Positions 35,913 through 44,755 of a stretch of 64,000 nt of DNA are shown here, in pieces. The stretch comes from a virus (lineage: Duplodnaviria; Caudoviricetes), in IMG/VR virus record IMGVR_UViG_3300045002_000015, positions 1 to 64,000 of that record. The stretch is one strand, 5' to 3'. The position numbers and the translations under genes were made by a program. The notes beneath the pieces are model-generated. The model saw nothing but the letters and a program-made list of their open reading frames with translations. It was not told where the DNA came from and did not search any database. The number at the start of each line of letters is the position of its first letter. Within the stretch, counting starts at the first letter, position 1.

Positions 35913-37078
35913 GCGACGTCTATGACGGCCGGTTCGATGACCTGCCCGCGCCACGCACGCCGGAAACGCCACTGCCAGCGCAGCGCGCCGGACAAGGCAC
36001 CATGGTGGAGCAGGCGCGCGCCATCGCCGAAGTCCGTGCCGCCGTGATGATCGCCCGCGACAATCCGCGCGATCGCTCCGCCGCGATCAACGAGATGCGG
36101 GAGATATGCAGCATTCCTTGGCTCGCCGAGCGCGCGTTCTTCCGCGTCCAACGCGGCAAGGAATTCGTCAACGGCGAAACCATCCACCTGGCGCGCGAAC
36201 TGGCGCGCTGCTGGGGCAATATCGACTATGGCGTGAAGGAGCTGCTGCGCGACGATGCCAAGGGCCAATCCGAACTGCTGGCCTTCGCCTGGGATTTGCA
36301 GACCAATGCCCGGAGCGAGATTACCTTCGTCGTGCCGCATCGGCGCGATACCCGCAGCGGACCGCGCCCGCTGACCGGGACGCAGGAAATATACGAAAAC
36401 AACGCCAGCTATGCAGGCCGGCGACTGCGCGAAGCGATCTTCGCCGTGCTGCCGGTCTGGTTCAAGGCCGAGGCGGCCGAGATTTGTCACCGCACGCTCG
36501 AACAAGGCGGTGGCAAGCCGCTCAGTATGCGCATCGCCGATCTGCGCAGCGCCTTCGAGTCGATCGGCGTCGGTGCGGCGCAGTTGGAGAAGAAGCGCGG
36601 CCGGAAGGTCGACGATTTCCTGGCCGAGGACGTCGCCGCGCTGCGCGTCATCTATCTCTCGATCAAACGCAATGAGGTCACCATCGCCGAGGAATTCCCG
36701 CCCGAAGAGTCTCCAGCCAAGGCAGGCCCACCCCGGGCGGAGCCGCCGGCCGATGCCGATGCCTTCGAACGCGCCGCCGCCGGGGCGCCGGCGGGCGAAC
36801 GGCCTGGGCCGGCCCAGGAAGCGCCAGCCGAGACCGCGCCGCCGTCCAACGCGGAAGCCGAGAAGCCGGCCGACAAACCGGCCAGGAAGCCGCAGAACGG
36901 CGCCGAGACGGTAGACGCCTTCCTGGCGCGGCTGGCCAAGCTCAGCCTTACCGAGGTCCAGCGCCTCGAAACCAGCGCGACCTTCAAGGCGTGGTATCGC
37001 GATCTGGACGCGGAGGCGCAAAAGCAGGTCTCGGGCCGCATCGCCGACCGCCTCGCCGCGCCTCTCCGCGCCGGGTAA
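35909..37078 (+). CDS. Putative single-strand annealing recombinase partnering the exonuclease
   Basis: EQARAIAEVRAAV, IHLARELARCWGNI, AFAWDLQTN, RRLREAIFAVLP; near exonuclease; P/A-rich C-terminal tail. Confidence 0.65.
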   Translation: MSDVYDGRFDDLPAPRTPETPLPAQRAGQGTMVEQARAIAEVRAAVMIARDNPRDRSAAINEMREICSIPWLAERAFFRVQRGKEFVNGETIHLARELARCWGNIDYGVKELLRDDAKGQSELLAFAWDLQTNARSEITFVVPHRRDTRSGPRPLTGTQEIYENNASYAGRRLREAIFAVLPVWFKAEAAEICHRTLEQGGGKPLSMRIADLRSAFESIGVGAAQLEKKRGRKVDDFLAEDVAALRVIYLSIKRNEVTIAEEFPPEESPAKAGPPRAEPPADADAFERAAAGAPAGERPGPAQEAPAETAPPSNAEAEKPADKPARKPQNGAETVDAFLARLAKLSLTEVQRLETSATFKAWYRDLDAEAQKQVSGRIADRLAAPLRAG

Positions 37079-37090
37079 AAGGGGGAAACG

Positions 37091-37519
37091 TTGACCGATC
37101 ACGATCCGGAACGCCTCAAAGTCACATCCCGCGCCGTTCTGGAGCTATTGGAGGACCGGCTCGGCGGGGATCCCCAGGGCATCGCCGCAGTGCTGGGCGC
37201 CGTCGTCGGCAGCTTCGCGCTCGCTAGCAACGACCCGCTGCTGGCGTTGCAGATGGTCGAGACTTACGCCGGCGAGATAGTCACAGACCTGTCGCCCGCG
37301 CTGATCCGCAGCAGGAGGGCGCTCAGTGTGGCGACCGACGCCAAGCTGGTTCTACGGGTGATCAAACGGGAAGGGATACCGGCAGAGCACGCGCTCGCGA
37401 TCGCCGGCACCGTCGCCTACGGGCTGCTGCGCGAGGCCGCGTCATCGGCGGAGCAGCGGCGGCGGATGACCGATGACCTGATACGGGTCCTGGTGAACGG
37501 TCCGCCGAAGCGGCAATGA
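37091..37519 (+). CDS. Hypothetical protein
   Basis: TTG start after GGGGGA; 142 aa. Confidence 0.55.
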   Translation: MTDHDPERLKVTSRAVLELLEDRLGGDPQGIAAVLGAVVGSFALASNDPLLALQMVETYAGEIVTDLSPALIRSRRALSVATDAKLVLRVIKREGIPAEHALAIAGTVAYGLLREAASSAEQRRRMTDDLIRVLVNGPPKRQ

Positions 37520-37626
37520 ACGGCGTTTTCGGTTAATCGCGCTGTCACAAAGCCACCGGCCCGCGCAAGCGGCACTTACGAAAATCGCTGGCGCCAGCGG
37601 ACAAAGCCTGCAATACCCTCGCCCGC

Positions 37627-37899
37627 ATGGCGAAACGCCCGCCCGCTGATTCGGTCCCCCCGGACAGTTCGGTGTCCCGGATCACCACAGCGCTCGGCGC
37701 CAATGTCCGCCTCGCACGCATCCGAAAAAATATGACGCAGCAAGAGCTTGCCGACCTGGTGGGCGTCCATGTCGCGCGCGTATCCGCGCTCGAGAAAGGC
37801 CATGGTAACCCGCGCCTTAGTACCCTGGTGCGTTTCGCCGCCGCGCTCGGGCTTTGCGTTAACGCGCTTGTCACGCGCGCGTCGCGCCGCGGCCAATAG
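37627..37899 (+). CDS. XRE-family HTH regulator upstream of tra operon
   Basis: LGANVRLARIRKNMTQQELADLVGVHVARVSALEKGHGNPRLSTL. Confidence 0.85.
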   Translation: MAKRPPADSVPPDSSVSRITTALGANVRLARIRKNMTQQELADLVGVHVARVSALEKGHGNPRLSTLVRFAAALGLCVNALVTRASRRGQ

Positions 37900-37966
37900 C
37901 GATATACCGCAAAATTAACTTGACGCCACGAGTCCGCCCATGCGGATATGCCGAGCGGTATATCGC
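37899..37966 (+). promoter_or_regulatory. Candidate tra promoter flanked by 12-bp inverted repeats
   Basis: GCGATATACCGC 37899-37910 and GCGGTATATCGC 37955-37966 enclosing TTGACG at 37920; RBS GGGAGGG follows. Confidence 0.65.
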
Positions 37967-37983
37967 AATAGGGAGGGCGCAAC

Positions 37984-38208
37984 ATGGCGGCGGACCGGTC
38001 ACCCCAAAGTCTCCCGCCGCCATCGCGCGTCGCGCTCTGCGGTATGCGCACCATCCTGGAGACCCCGGAAACCGACCGCACTTGCATAATCTGCCACCTG
38101 CCGCGCCGGCCGGACTGTTTCGACGGCTACATCGTGGTGGCAAGCATGTGGTGCCCGAACCTGCGCGCCGCCGATCCGGCGCAAAACGAGCCGGTCGAGG
38201 TCGCCTGA
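37984..38208 (+). CDS. Small Cys-containing protein, first gene of tra operon
   Basis: Strong RBS; CIIC, stop 1 nt before virB1. Confidence 0.55.
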   Translation: MAADRSPQSLPPPSRVALCGMRTILETPETDRTCIICHLPRRPDCFDGYIVVASMWCPNLRAADPAQNEPVEVA

Positions 38209-38209
38209 C

Positions 38210-38689
38210 ATGGCGGTGCTCACCCCAGCGGTCTATATGCAGATCGCGCTCGCCTGCGGCAACGGCGCCGATCCGCGGCTGATTGATGCGATTGCTGCGG
38301 TTGAGTCGGGGCGCGATACCGCCGCCGTCAATCGCAACGCCAACGGCACCATCGATGCCGGGCCGATGCAGATCAATTCCAGTCATTTCGGCGAATTCGG
38401 CCTAAACGCCCAGGCGGTGCGCGATCCCTGCACGGCGATCCGCACAGGGGTTGCCATTCTCGCGCAGGCGGCGGGCGGCATGGATGCGCTTCAGCCGGAG
38501 GCCGTCGATCGGCTTGCCGACCGGCTCGCCGCCGGGGTGTCGGCCTACAACACCGGCTCGCCCACCGCAGGTATCAGCAACGGCTATCTGCGCAAGGTCA
38601 TGGATGCGTTCCGTGGCCGGCCATCGACGCCGCCACGACCGACGCGAACGCTCGCCAGTCAATTTCCGAAAATCGGGGAAGGTCGCTGA
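38210..38689 (+). CDS. virB1: VirB1-like lytic transglycosylase
   Basis: IAAVESG, DAGPMQINS, DPCTAIRTG, SAYNTG. Confidence 0.85.
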   Translation: MAVLTPAVYMQIALACGNGADPRLIDAIAAVESGRDTAAVNRNANGTIDAGPMQINSSHFGEFGLNAQAVRDPCTAIRTGVAILAQAAGGMDALQPEAVDRLADRLAAGVSAYNTGSPTAGISNGYLRKVMDAFRGRPSTPPRPTRTLASQFPKIGEGR

Positions 38690-38883
38690 TGGCTGCCCAA
38701 CTGGGTTACTGGATCGGCCAGTTTCAATCCTGGCAGAACGATCTCGCTGTTCTCGCAATGATCGTGATCGTCGCGCTGGCGCTGTTCCACGTCATCAGCG
38801 GGCGCACCATGATCTTCGCCTTTATCTGCGTGGCTCTGCTATTCACGATCGTCTCGCTCATTCGCGGCGCGCCGACCGGTTGA
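38689..38883 (+). CDS. VirB2-like pilin (positional; short)
   Basis: Two hydrophobic helices between virB1 and virB3. Confidence 0.55.
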   Translation: MAAQLGYWIGQFQSWQNDLAVLAMIVIVALALFHVISGRTMIFAFICVALLFTIVSLIRGAPTG

Positions 38884-38887
38884 GACG

Positions 38888-39238
38888 ATGGCGCTGCGCG
38901 ACTATGAGGAGCCGTTGTTCGTCGCGATCACACAGCCGATGATGCTTTTCGGCGTGCCCGTCGAGGGCTTCGGCATCAATATCGGCGTCTGGTATCTGGC
39001 ATACTTCTTTTGGGGCCATGCCAATCCTCTCTCCATCCGTGGCTTGGAGTCATTGCTGATCGGCCCGGCTCTACACATGGCAATGAGTGTCTGTGTTGCC
39101 TACGATCCCAACATATTCCGGCTGCTGTTTCTTTGGATCGACACGCGCGGCATTCAGCCGCGCCGGCAATCAGTGCTCTGGGCCGCCCGCTGGTGGCACG
39201 CGCGCACCGACGACGAGATCAACTGGGGCAGCCTTTGA
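38888..39238 (+). CDS. virB3: VirB3
   Basis: EEPLFVAITQPMMLFGVP; YDPNIFRL. Confidence 0.85.
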   Translation: MALRDYEEPLFVAITQPMMLFGVPVEGFGINIGVWYLAYFFWGHANPLSIRGLESLLIGPALHMAMSVCVAYDPNIFRLLFLWIDTRGIQPRRQSVLWAARWWHARTDDEINWGSL

Positions 39239-41655
39239 GTCCGTGGCGCACCATCCTGCCGCGCCTGCTGAAATGGATGGAGCACGAGATCGGCCACTAC
39301 GTTCCGCTGCGGCGCCATTCCGACACCGACGACCGCATTGTGGTCCTCAATGACGGCTCGCCATTCGCGATGTTTGAACTCGCCGGCGTGCCGTTCGAGA
39401 CCGAGGAGGACGTCGACGTCGTCGCGCGTGTCTCGCGGCTGAACGCGAGCTGGAAGCAGTTGGCCACCGATGGACTGATCATCACCGTATGGCAGACCCG
39501 CACGCCGGTGGTTTCCGACGTTTACCCCAGGCACCGGTTCGCCGAGCCGGCCGCGCGGTGGATCGATGACGCCTATGCCGATCATCTGGTCGCGAACAGC
39601 CTTTACAGCAATCGCATCTTCGTCGGCTTGCAGCTTCGGGCCTCGCACATCGTGGTGGGAGAGGCCGCCGGCGAATATTTCGCCGCCGTCAAGCGCGGCA
39701 AGGTGCAGGAGGAAGATGTCGGGCGCACCGCCCAATTGATCCGGATCGCCGATCTGGCGCTGCGCGAACTGCGCGAATACCAGCCGCGCCAACTCGGCAT
39801 CCGCACCGAAGGCCGCACTGATTATTCAGAGATCGCCGAGGCGCTGATGCTGGCCACCACCGGCATCTGGCGCAAAGTGCCGTTGACCACCGGGCCGCTG
39901 GGCGAGTCGATGTTCCGCGAGCACGTGGTGTTCGACGGCGACGTCATCAAGTTCCTCGAACCGGGCGCGCCGTGGTATGGCGCCGTGCTGGGCTTCCGGC
40001 ATTTCCCGCAGCCCACCTTCCCCGGCATGTTCAACAACCTGCTGACCGCCGAGACAGCACTCACCGTCTGCCATACATTCCGCTGCATTCCGACCGAAGC
40101 CGCCAAGGCGATCATGGGGCGCAAGCAGTGGAAGGCGATGGTGACCAACTCGACGGCCATCGCCCAGCAAGGCTCGCTCGCCAAGGAAGCCGGCGCGTTG
40201 AGCAACGCGGATTACATTCTCGGCGATTACAACTTCACCTGCCTGGTCTTCAACCAGGACCCGGTGCAGCTTGGCCGCTGCGCCAACGCCGCCTGGGGAT
40301 ACATCGCCGACGGTGGCGCCATCACGACGCGCGAGAACACGCTCGCGATCGAGGCCGCCTGGGCCAGCGTCCTGCCGGGCAACGCCGCGCTGCGCGCCCG
40401 CCCGGGCTACATCAAGTCGAAGAATTTTGTCGGCATGGCGCCGCTGCACCGCTACGAGACCGGCAAGCGCGTGGGTTTCTGGGGCAAACCGGCCTTTATC
40501 TTCCGCACCGGCTCGGGCGAGCCTTTCCACTATCACATCCACAACGGCGACCTCGGCAACACCTTCATTTGCGGCATGAGCGGCAGCGGCAAGACCACCT
40601 GCATGGGCGCGATCGTCGCGCTCTCGGGGCGCTGCGATGTGCGGACCAATATCGGCTACGACAAGGATCGCGGCCTGAAGGTGCTGATCCGCGCGCTCGG
40701 CGGAAACTATGTCGAACTCGGCGGTCCCTTCCTCGCACCATTGAAGCGGCTGCATCCCGACCCGCGCAAGCCGATCCATCCCGATGACATGGCGTTCCTG
40801 CTGCGCCTGGTGCGCGGCGCCATCAAGCGCGACGGCAAGGGCGAACTCTCGGCCGAGGATGATCGCCGCCTGCCGATCGGTCTGGAGACGCTGTTGCGGC
40901 TGCCGCCAACTGAACGGTGGCTGGAGGAACTGTGCGGCTTTCTCGGCATGGACGACGGCCATGCCGGCGCCCGGCTCGCCAAGTGGTGCTGGGGACAGGA
41001 ACTCGGCTGGGTGTTCGACGCGCCGGAGGACACTGTCGCCTTCGACAACCGCTGGAATTTCTTCGATCAGACGGCGATCCTGGACCACGCCGAGGCGCGC
41101 GGTCCGACCATCGCCATCCTGCATTACTATACCACGAAGCTGTTGGACGGCCGCCGGCTGCTCGAGAGCTTCGATGAACTCAACAAGTCGATGACCGAGA
41201 TCGAGTTTGCGCCCATCATCAACGATGCATTGCGCGTGATCCGTAAACTTGGCGGCGCCACGTTCCTTGCGACGCAATCGCCGCACGATATCACCACGCA
41301 TCCGCATCTCGGGCACGTCGTGCGCGAGCAGATCGCCAACATGTTCATGTTCGCCAATCCGCGCGGGCAATGGATCGACTATGGCGAAGATGGCGGCTTC
41401 GGCTGCACCAAGCGCGAGTTTGAGATCATCAAGGCGCTGCCGAAAGGCGAAGGCAAGTTCCTGTTGAAGGGACTGAACGCGTCGCAGGTCCTCCAGATGC
41501 CGCTGCCGGACGACGTGGCGGCGGTGATCTCGGGCCGGGAGGAAGACACGCGGCTGTTCGATCGCATCGCGATCGAGGAGGAGCAGGACAATCGCGCGAC
41601 GCTGGCGCGCTGGCTTAGGGAGCGCAAGCAACGCGAACTGGAGGAAGCGGCGTGA
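39235..41655 (+). CDS. virB4: VirB4 ATPase
   Basis: GDLGNTFICGMSGSGKTT, DKDRG, ESFDE, RKLGGATFLATQSP; TTG start overlapping virB3 stop. Confidence 0.95.
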   Translation: MSPWRTILPRLLKWMEHEIGHYVPLRRHSDTDDRIVVLNDGSPFAMFELAGVPFETEEDVDVVARVSRLNASWKQLATDGLIITVWQTRTPVVSDVYPRHRFAEPAARWIDDAYADHLVANSLYSNRIFVGLQLRASHIVVGEAAGEYFAAVKRGKVQEEDVGRTAQLIRIADLALRELREYQPRQLGIRTEGRTDYSEIAEALMLATTGIWRKVPLTTGPLGESMFREHVVFDGDVIKFLEPGAPWYGAVLGFRHFPQPTFPGMFNNLLTAETALTVCHTFRCIPTEAAKAIMGRKQWKAMVTNSTAIAQQGSLAKEAGALSNADYILGDYNFTCLVFNQDPVQLGRCANAAWGYIADGGAITTRENTLAIEAAWASVLPGNAALRARPGYIKSKNFVGMAPLHRYETGKRVGFWGKPAFIFRTGSGEPFHYHIHNGDLGNTFICGMSGSGKTTCMGAIVALSGRCDVRTNIGYDKDRGLKVLIRALGGNYVELGGPFLAPLKRLHPDPRKPIHPDDMAFLLRLVRGAIKRDGKGELSAEDDRRLPIGLETLLRLPPTERWLEELCGFLGMDDGHAGARLAKWCWGQELGWVFDAPEDTVAFDNRWNFFDQTAILDHAEARGPTIAILHYYTTKLLDGRRLLESFDELNKSMTEIEFAPIINDALRVIRKLGGATFLATQSPHDITTHPHLGHVVREQIANMFMFANPRGQWIDYGEDGGFGCTKREFEIIKALPKGEGKFLLKGLNASQVLQMPLPDDVAAVISGREEDTRLFDRIAIEEEQDNRATLARWLRERKQRELEEAA

Positions 41656-42407
41656 GGCGCGCGCTCCTCGCGGCTTGCGGCTGTCTGGCGCTGCTGCGTC
41701 CGGCCACGGTCTCCGCCGATGTGCCCGTGGTCGATGCGCAGGCATTGATCGCGCACGCCAAAGAGTTGGTGCAGGATATCAAAGGCTATGTCCTGCAAAT
41801 CCAGCAATACACCACGGAATTGCAACAACTCGCCAGCCTCGAGGTGCAGATTCAGTCGACCATCCAGCATCCCTCGCTGGGCGCCGCTGCGGGGCTGTTG
41901 GGCCGGTTCGGCATCCAGGACCCGCTAGGCGGCTTGCCGAGCATCTACTCGGTCATGGCGCTCACCTCGGGCCTGGGCAGCGGCCAGGGATTGCAGAGCA
42001 TCGCGTCGCGCATTGCCGGTCTCAATGCGATCTTCAGCAGCATGGGGACGGTCAACAAAGTCTATGACTGCACCGACCAGTCATTCGCCTGTCAGCAGCA
42101 GCAGCAAGCCGCCCGCGCCAACGCCGGCTATCAGGGCATCATCGGGCAAATCTATACGCAACTGCAAAACCACCTGAATATTACCAACGCGCTGCGCGAC
42201 AATCTCGCGACCTCCACCGATCCGGCGCAGCGCGAGAACGCGATCGCGCAACTGACCGCCGAGCAGAACTGGGCGACCACCGCGATCGGGCAATTGCAGT
42301 CCGCCACCGCGCTCTATCAGGCGCAGCGCCAGGCGAACGCCGACCGTGACGACGAGCGGCTGAACCAGGATATCGACGCGATCCTCGCGCATGTGCCGAA
42401 AGGATAA
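41652..42407 (+). CDS. virB5: VirB5/TrbJ-like minor pilin
   Basis: Signal peptide, DVPVVDAQAL, Q-rich helical body; follows virB4. Confidence 0.75.
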   Translation: MRRALLAACGCLALLRPATVSADVPVVDAQALIAHAKELVQDIKGYVLQIQQYTTELQQLASLEVQIQSTIQHPSLGAAAGLLGRFGIQDPLGGLPSIYSVMALTSGLGSGQGLQSIASRIAGLNAIFSSMGTVNKVYDCTDQSFACQQQQQAARANAGYQGIIGQIYTQLQNHLNITNALRDNLATSTDPAQRENAIAQLTAEQNWATTAIGQLQSATALYQAQRQANADRDDERLNQDIDAILAHVPKG

Positions 42408-42411
42408 CCTT

Positions 42412-42816
42412 ATGGTCCGCGCCCTCCTGATCGCCTTGTCATTGCTCGCACTCTGGCTGGTTATCGTGCGCGGCCCCGCTGCGGCGGGCGAATATCGCTC
42501 GGCCCAATGGTATGCCGATCATCCGGCGCAGCGGTTCCGGGTCAACGAAGCCTGCAAGAACTGGCCGGGCGAGGCGCATCGCAACGCGAATTGCGAGAAC
42601 GCCTTCCAGGGCGGTCTGGTCGCCGATGCGCGCGCCGCCCAGGCCCGCATGGGCGGCGCCGCCAATATCGGCGGCCCCTCTCTCGCGTGGTGGCGCGCCC
42701 ATCCCACGAACCGGGACTACTGGGCCGCGCAATGCCGGATCGCCATGCAGAACCACGCGCGCGCGGAAACGCTCGCCGGGATGTGGTGCCCGGCCGTGTT
42801 CGCCTCGGGAGGCTGA
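42412..42816 (+). CDS. EexN-like entry-exclusion protein with two repeats
   Basis: RSAQWYADHP..CKNWPG..NCENA and SLAWWRAHP..QC..WC; canonical eex position between virB5 and virB6. Confidence 0.65.
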   Translation: MVRALLIALSLLALWLVIVRGPAAAGEYRSAQWYADHPAQRFRVNEACKNWPGEAHRNANCENAFQGGLVADARAAQARMGGAANIGGPSLAWWRAHPTNRDYWAAQCRIAMQNHARAETLAGMWCPAVFASGG

Positions 42817-42820
42817 TCAG

Positions 42821-43090
42821 ATGCTGACCCCGCCCGACGTCGCCGCGGACATGACGGCGCTGGCCCAGAGCTGCCAAGCCTGGGAGGCGGCGCAAGGCCA
42901 GTTGTTCGTCGCGCAACAGGCCGCGCAGATGCAACGCCCCGTCGTGGTCTGTGAAGTCGTGCTCGATCACCATATGCCGGTGATCATCGGCGGCATGTAT
43001 GGCTTCGCCGCCGCCATCATCGTCTGCTTTGCGTTCGCCGCCCTCAAGCGCCTCGGCAAGCGCGTATGGGCATTTGCGAAGGCGGCATAG
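42821..43090 (+). CDS. Small membrane protein
   Basis: RBS GGAGG; single C-terminal TM. Confidence 0.5.
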   Translation: MLTPPDVAADMTALAQSCQAWEAAQGQLFVAQQAAQMQRPVVVCEVVLDHHMPVIIGGMYGFAAAIIVCFAFAALKRLGKRVWAFAKAA

Positions 43091-43093
43091 CGA

Positions 43094-44194
43094 ATGGACC
43101 CACTCGCCACGGCAATGGCCGACGCCGCCCAGCCGATGGGCGATCCGAATGCGATCGGCATCAACTGGACATTGTTCTCCGGGGTGTTCGCCGCGATCGA
43201 TACACCCACCCGCAATGCGGTGCAGGCGATCGACGCCAGCCTCGCCGGCGTGGTCGCGCCACTCATTCGCGACGCGTTGACGCTCTATCTGCTGATTATG
43301 ATCGTCGCCGCGCTGTTCTCGGCCGAAGGCGGCAATATCCTCGGCCAGGTCATGAAGCAGGCGTTGCGCGGCGCCTTTATCGGCATGCTGCTGTCCAACG
43401 CCGGGCTGTTCAATGAGCACGTCGCGCAGCCGTTGCTCGTCGATTTCCCGAACGAATTGATCCAGGGAGTCGTCGCGAACCTCGGCGGCGGCACGGTCAC
43501 CAATGGCGGCGGCCCGTTCGATGACGTCTGGAACCACGCGTTTGCCGCCGGGCTGGTGGTCTACAAAAACCTCCCCTCGCTCAGCGTCAAAGGTTTCATG
43601 CTGACGCTCTGCGTCCTGACCTTCTGGCTGGTGTCGCTCGCCACGGTCTCCATCGGCTTTATCATTTTCCTGGCCTGCCACGTCATTCAATCGCTGATGG
43701 TTGCCGTCGCCCCGCTCGCGGCCGGCTGCGCCATGGTCCCGGTGACCCGGCCATGGTTCGCCGGCTGGTACAACACCGTGGCCGGCGTGCTGGTCGCGCA
43801 GGTGCTGGTGACGGGCCTCATGTCGCTGATGATCCTCGTGCAGACGACGGAACTGGCGCGCATCGCCGCCCAGCCGGCCGGCGCCAACGAAGTCGGACAG
43901 GTCGCCGCCCTGCTCGGTGTGGCCGGCATTATTTTCATCTGCGCGATCATCGCCAAGATGATCCCCAACTTCGCCATGGCGATCGCCGGCGGCGCCTACG
44001 TCCATACCCAGGCATTCGTCTCGGCCGCCGGTTCGACGATGCAGGCGGGCGCCACCGCCGCCGCTGCGGCGCTGCGGGCGGCCACCTTCGGGCCGCATGG
44101 CCTATGGGGCGGAACATCGCCCGCCGTCTCAGGGTTCCAGCGCGCCAATCCGCACTTTGCCGGCGCCGCACTGGGCGGTCACTACGCACCATGA
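43094..44194 (+). CDS. virB6: VirB6/TrbL
   Basis: Polytopic; VAVAPL..TRPWFAGWYNTV; position. Confidence 0.85.
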   Translation: MDPLATAMADAAQPMGDPNAIGINWTLFSGVFAAIDTPTRNAVQAIDASLAGVVAPLIRDALTLYLLIMIVAALFSAEGGNILGQVMKQALRGAFIGMLLSNAGLFNEHVAQPLLVDFPNELIQGVVANLGGGTVTNGGGPFDDVWNHAFAAGLVVYKNLPSLSVKGFMLTLCVLTFWLVSLATVSIGFIIFLACHVIQSLMVAVAPLAAGCAMVPVTRPWFAGWYNTVAGVLVAQVLVTGLMSLMILVQTTELARIAAQPAGANEVGQVAALLGVAGIIFICAIIAKMIPNFAMAIAGGAYVHTQAFVSAAGSTMQAGATAAAAALRAATFGPHGLWGGTSPAVSGFQRANPHFAGAALGGHYAP

Positions 44195-44207
44195 GGGAGG
44201 AGGCAGT

Positions 44208-44573
44208 ATGAGCTTCGAACGTCCGCAGCGTCCCTGGTCGGAACCGGGGCCGTATCTGCCACCGCCGCCGGATCGCAGGCCGCGCTTCGTGCGGCCGATG
44301 ACGTCGCGCCAGTTCGGCGGCGCGGTGGTGTTCTGGACCGTCGTGGCACTGGCCGCGGTGCTCTGGACGCTGTCCGGCATCGAGCGCTGCATCGCGATCT
44401 TCAGTGACTTCGCCCACGCCGCACCGACGCCATTCTTCTGGGCGGCGACCGCGGTGCTTGCCGGGCCGGCGATTGCATACCTCGCCTGCAAACTGATCGG
44501 GCGCGTCGCGCGGAACTGGTGGGCTTTCGAGGGCGACGCCGCCCAGGTCATCTATGGCCGGAGGCGCCGCTGA
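44208..44573 (+). CDS. Two-TM membrane protein
   Basis: RBS GGAGGAGG; two hydrophobic segments. Confidence 0.55.
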   Translation: MSFERPQRPWSEPGPYLPPPPDRRPRFVRPMTSRQFGGAVVFWTVVALAAVLWTLSGIERCIAIFSDFAHAAPTPFFWAATAVLAGPAIAYLACKLIGRVARNWWAFEGDAAQVIYGRRRR

Positions 44574-44755
44574 TGCGCTGGCTGATGCTCGGCCTGCTGG
44601 GCCTGCTTGCCGCCTGCGGCAATATCGAGCGCCCGCTCGCTTATACCTCGGTTGATGATCCGATCTGGCAGCTTCCGCCTGATCCCGAGGGCGGTGGCAA
44701 TGCCTTCTCGCATCCACCGGTGGCCGGCAACGGCCGCATCAGGAACGGCCTCTGA
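44573..44755 (+). CDS. VirB7-like lipoprotein
   Basis: MRWLMLGLLGLLAAC lipobox, PIWQL; directly before virB8. Confidence 0.7.
   Translation: MRWLMLGLLGLLAACGNIERPLAYTSVDDPIWQLPPDPEGGGNAFSHPPVAGNGRIRNGL

Larger units (their letters stand above)
1..37519. mobile_element. Temperate tailed phage region (head/packaging, replication, cI/cro switch, recombination); continues beyond left edge
   Basis: TerS/TerL/portal/MuF/protease/MCP/adaptor genes, Prim-Pol + VapE, divergent cro/cI, RecE-like exonuclease; many ATGA/TTGA/GTGA stop-start overlaps. Confidence 0.95.

Noticed and set aside
37519-37627. att site, integrase or IS end at the phage/tra junction
   Set aside because: No recombinase gene, tRNA fragment or flanking direct repeat found by eye; a computational repeat search is still needed
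37911-37925. CtrA box near the tra promoter
   Set aside because: Only a TTAAC half-site; no TTAA-N7-TTAA
38210-38689. Lytic transglycosylase as phage endolysin
   Set aside because: Heads the virB operon directly before pilin/virB3; VirB1 is the parsimonious call
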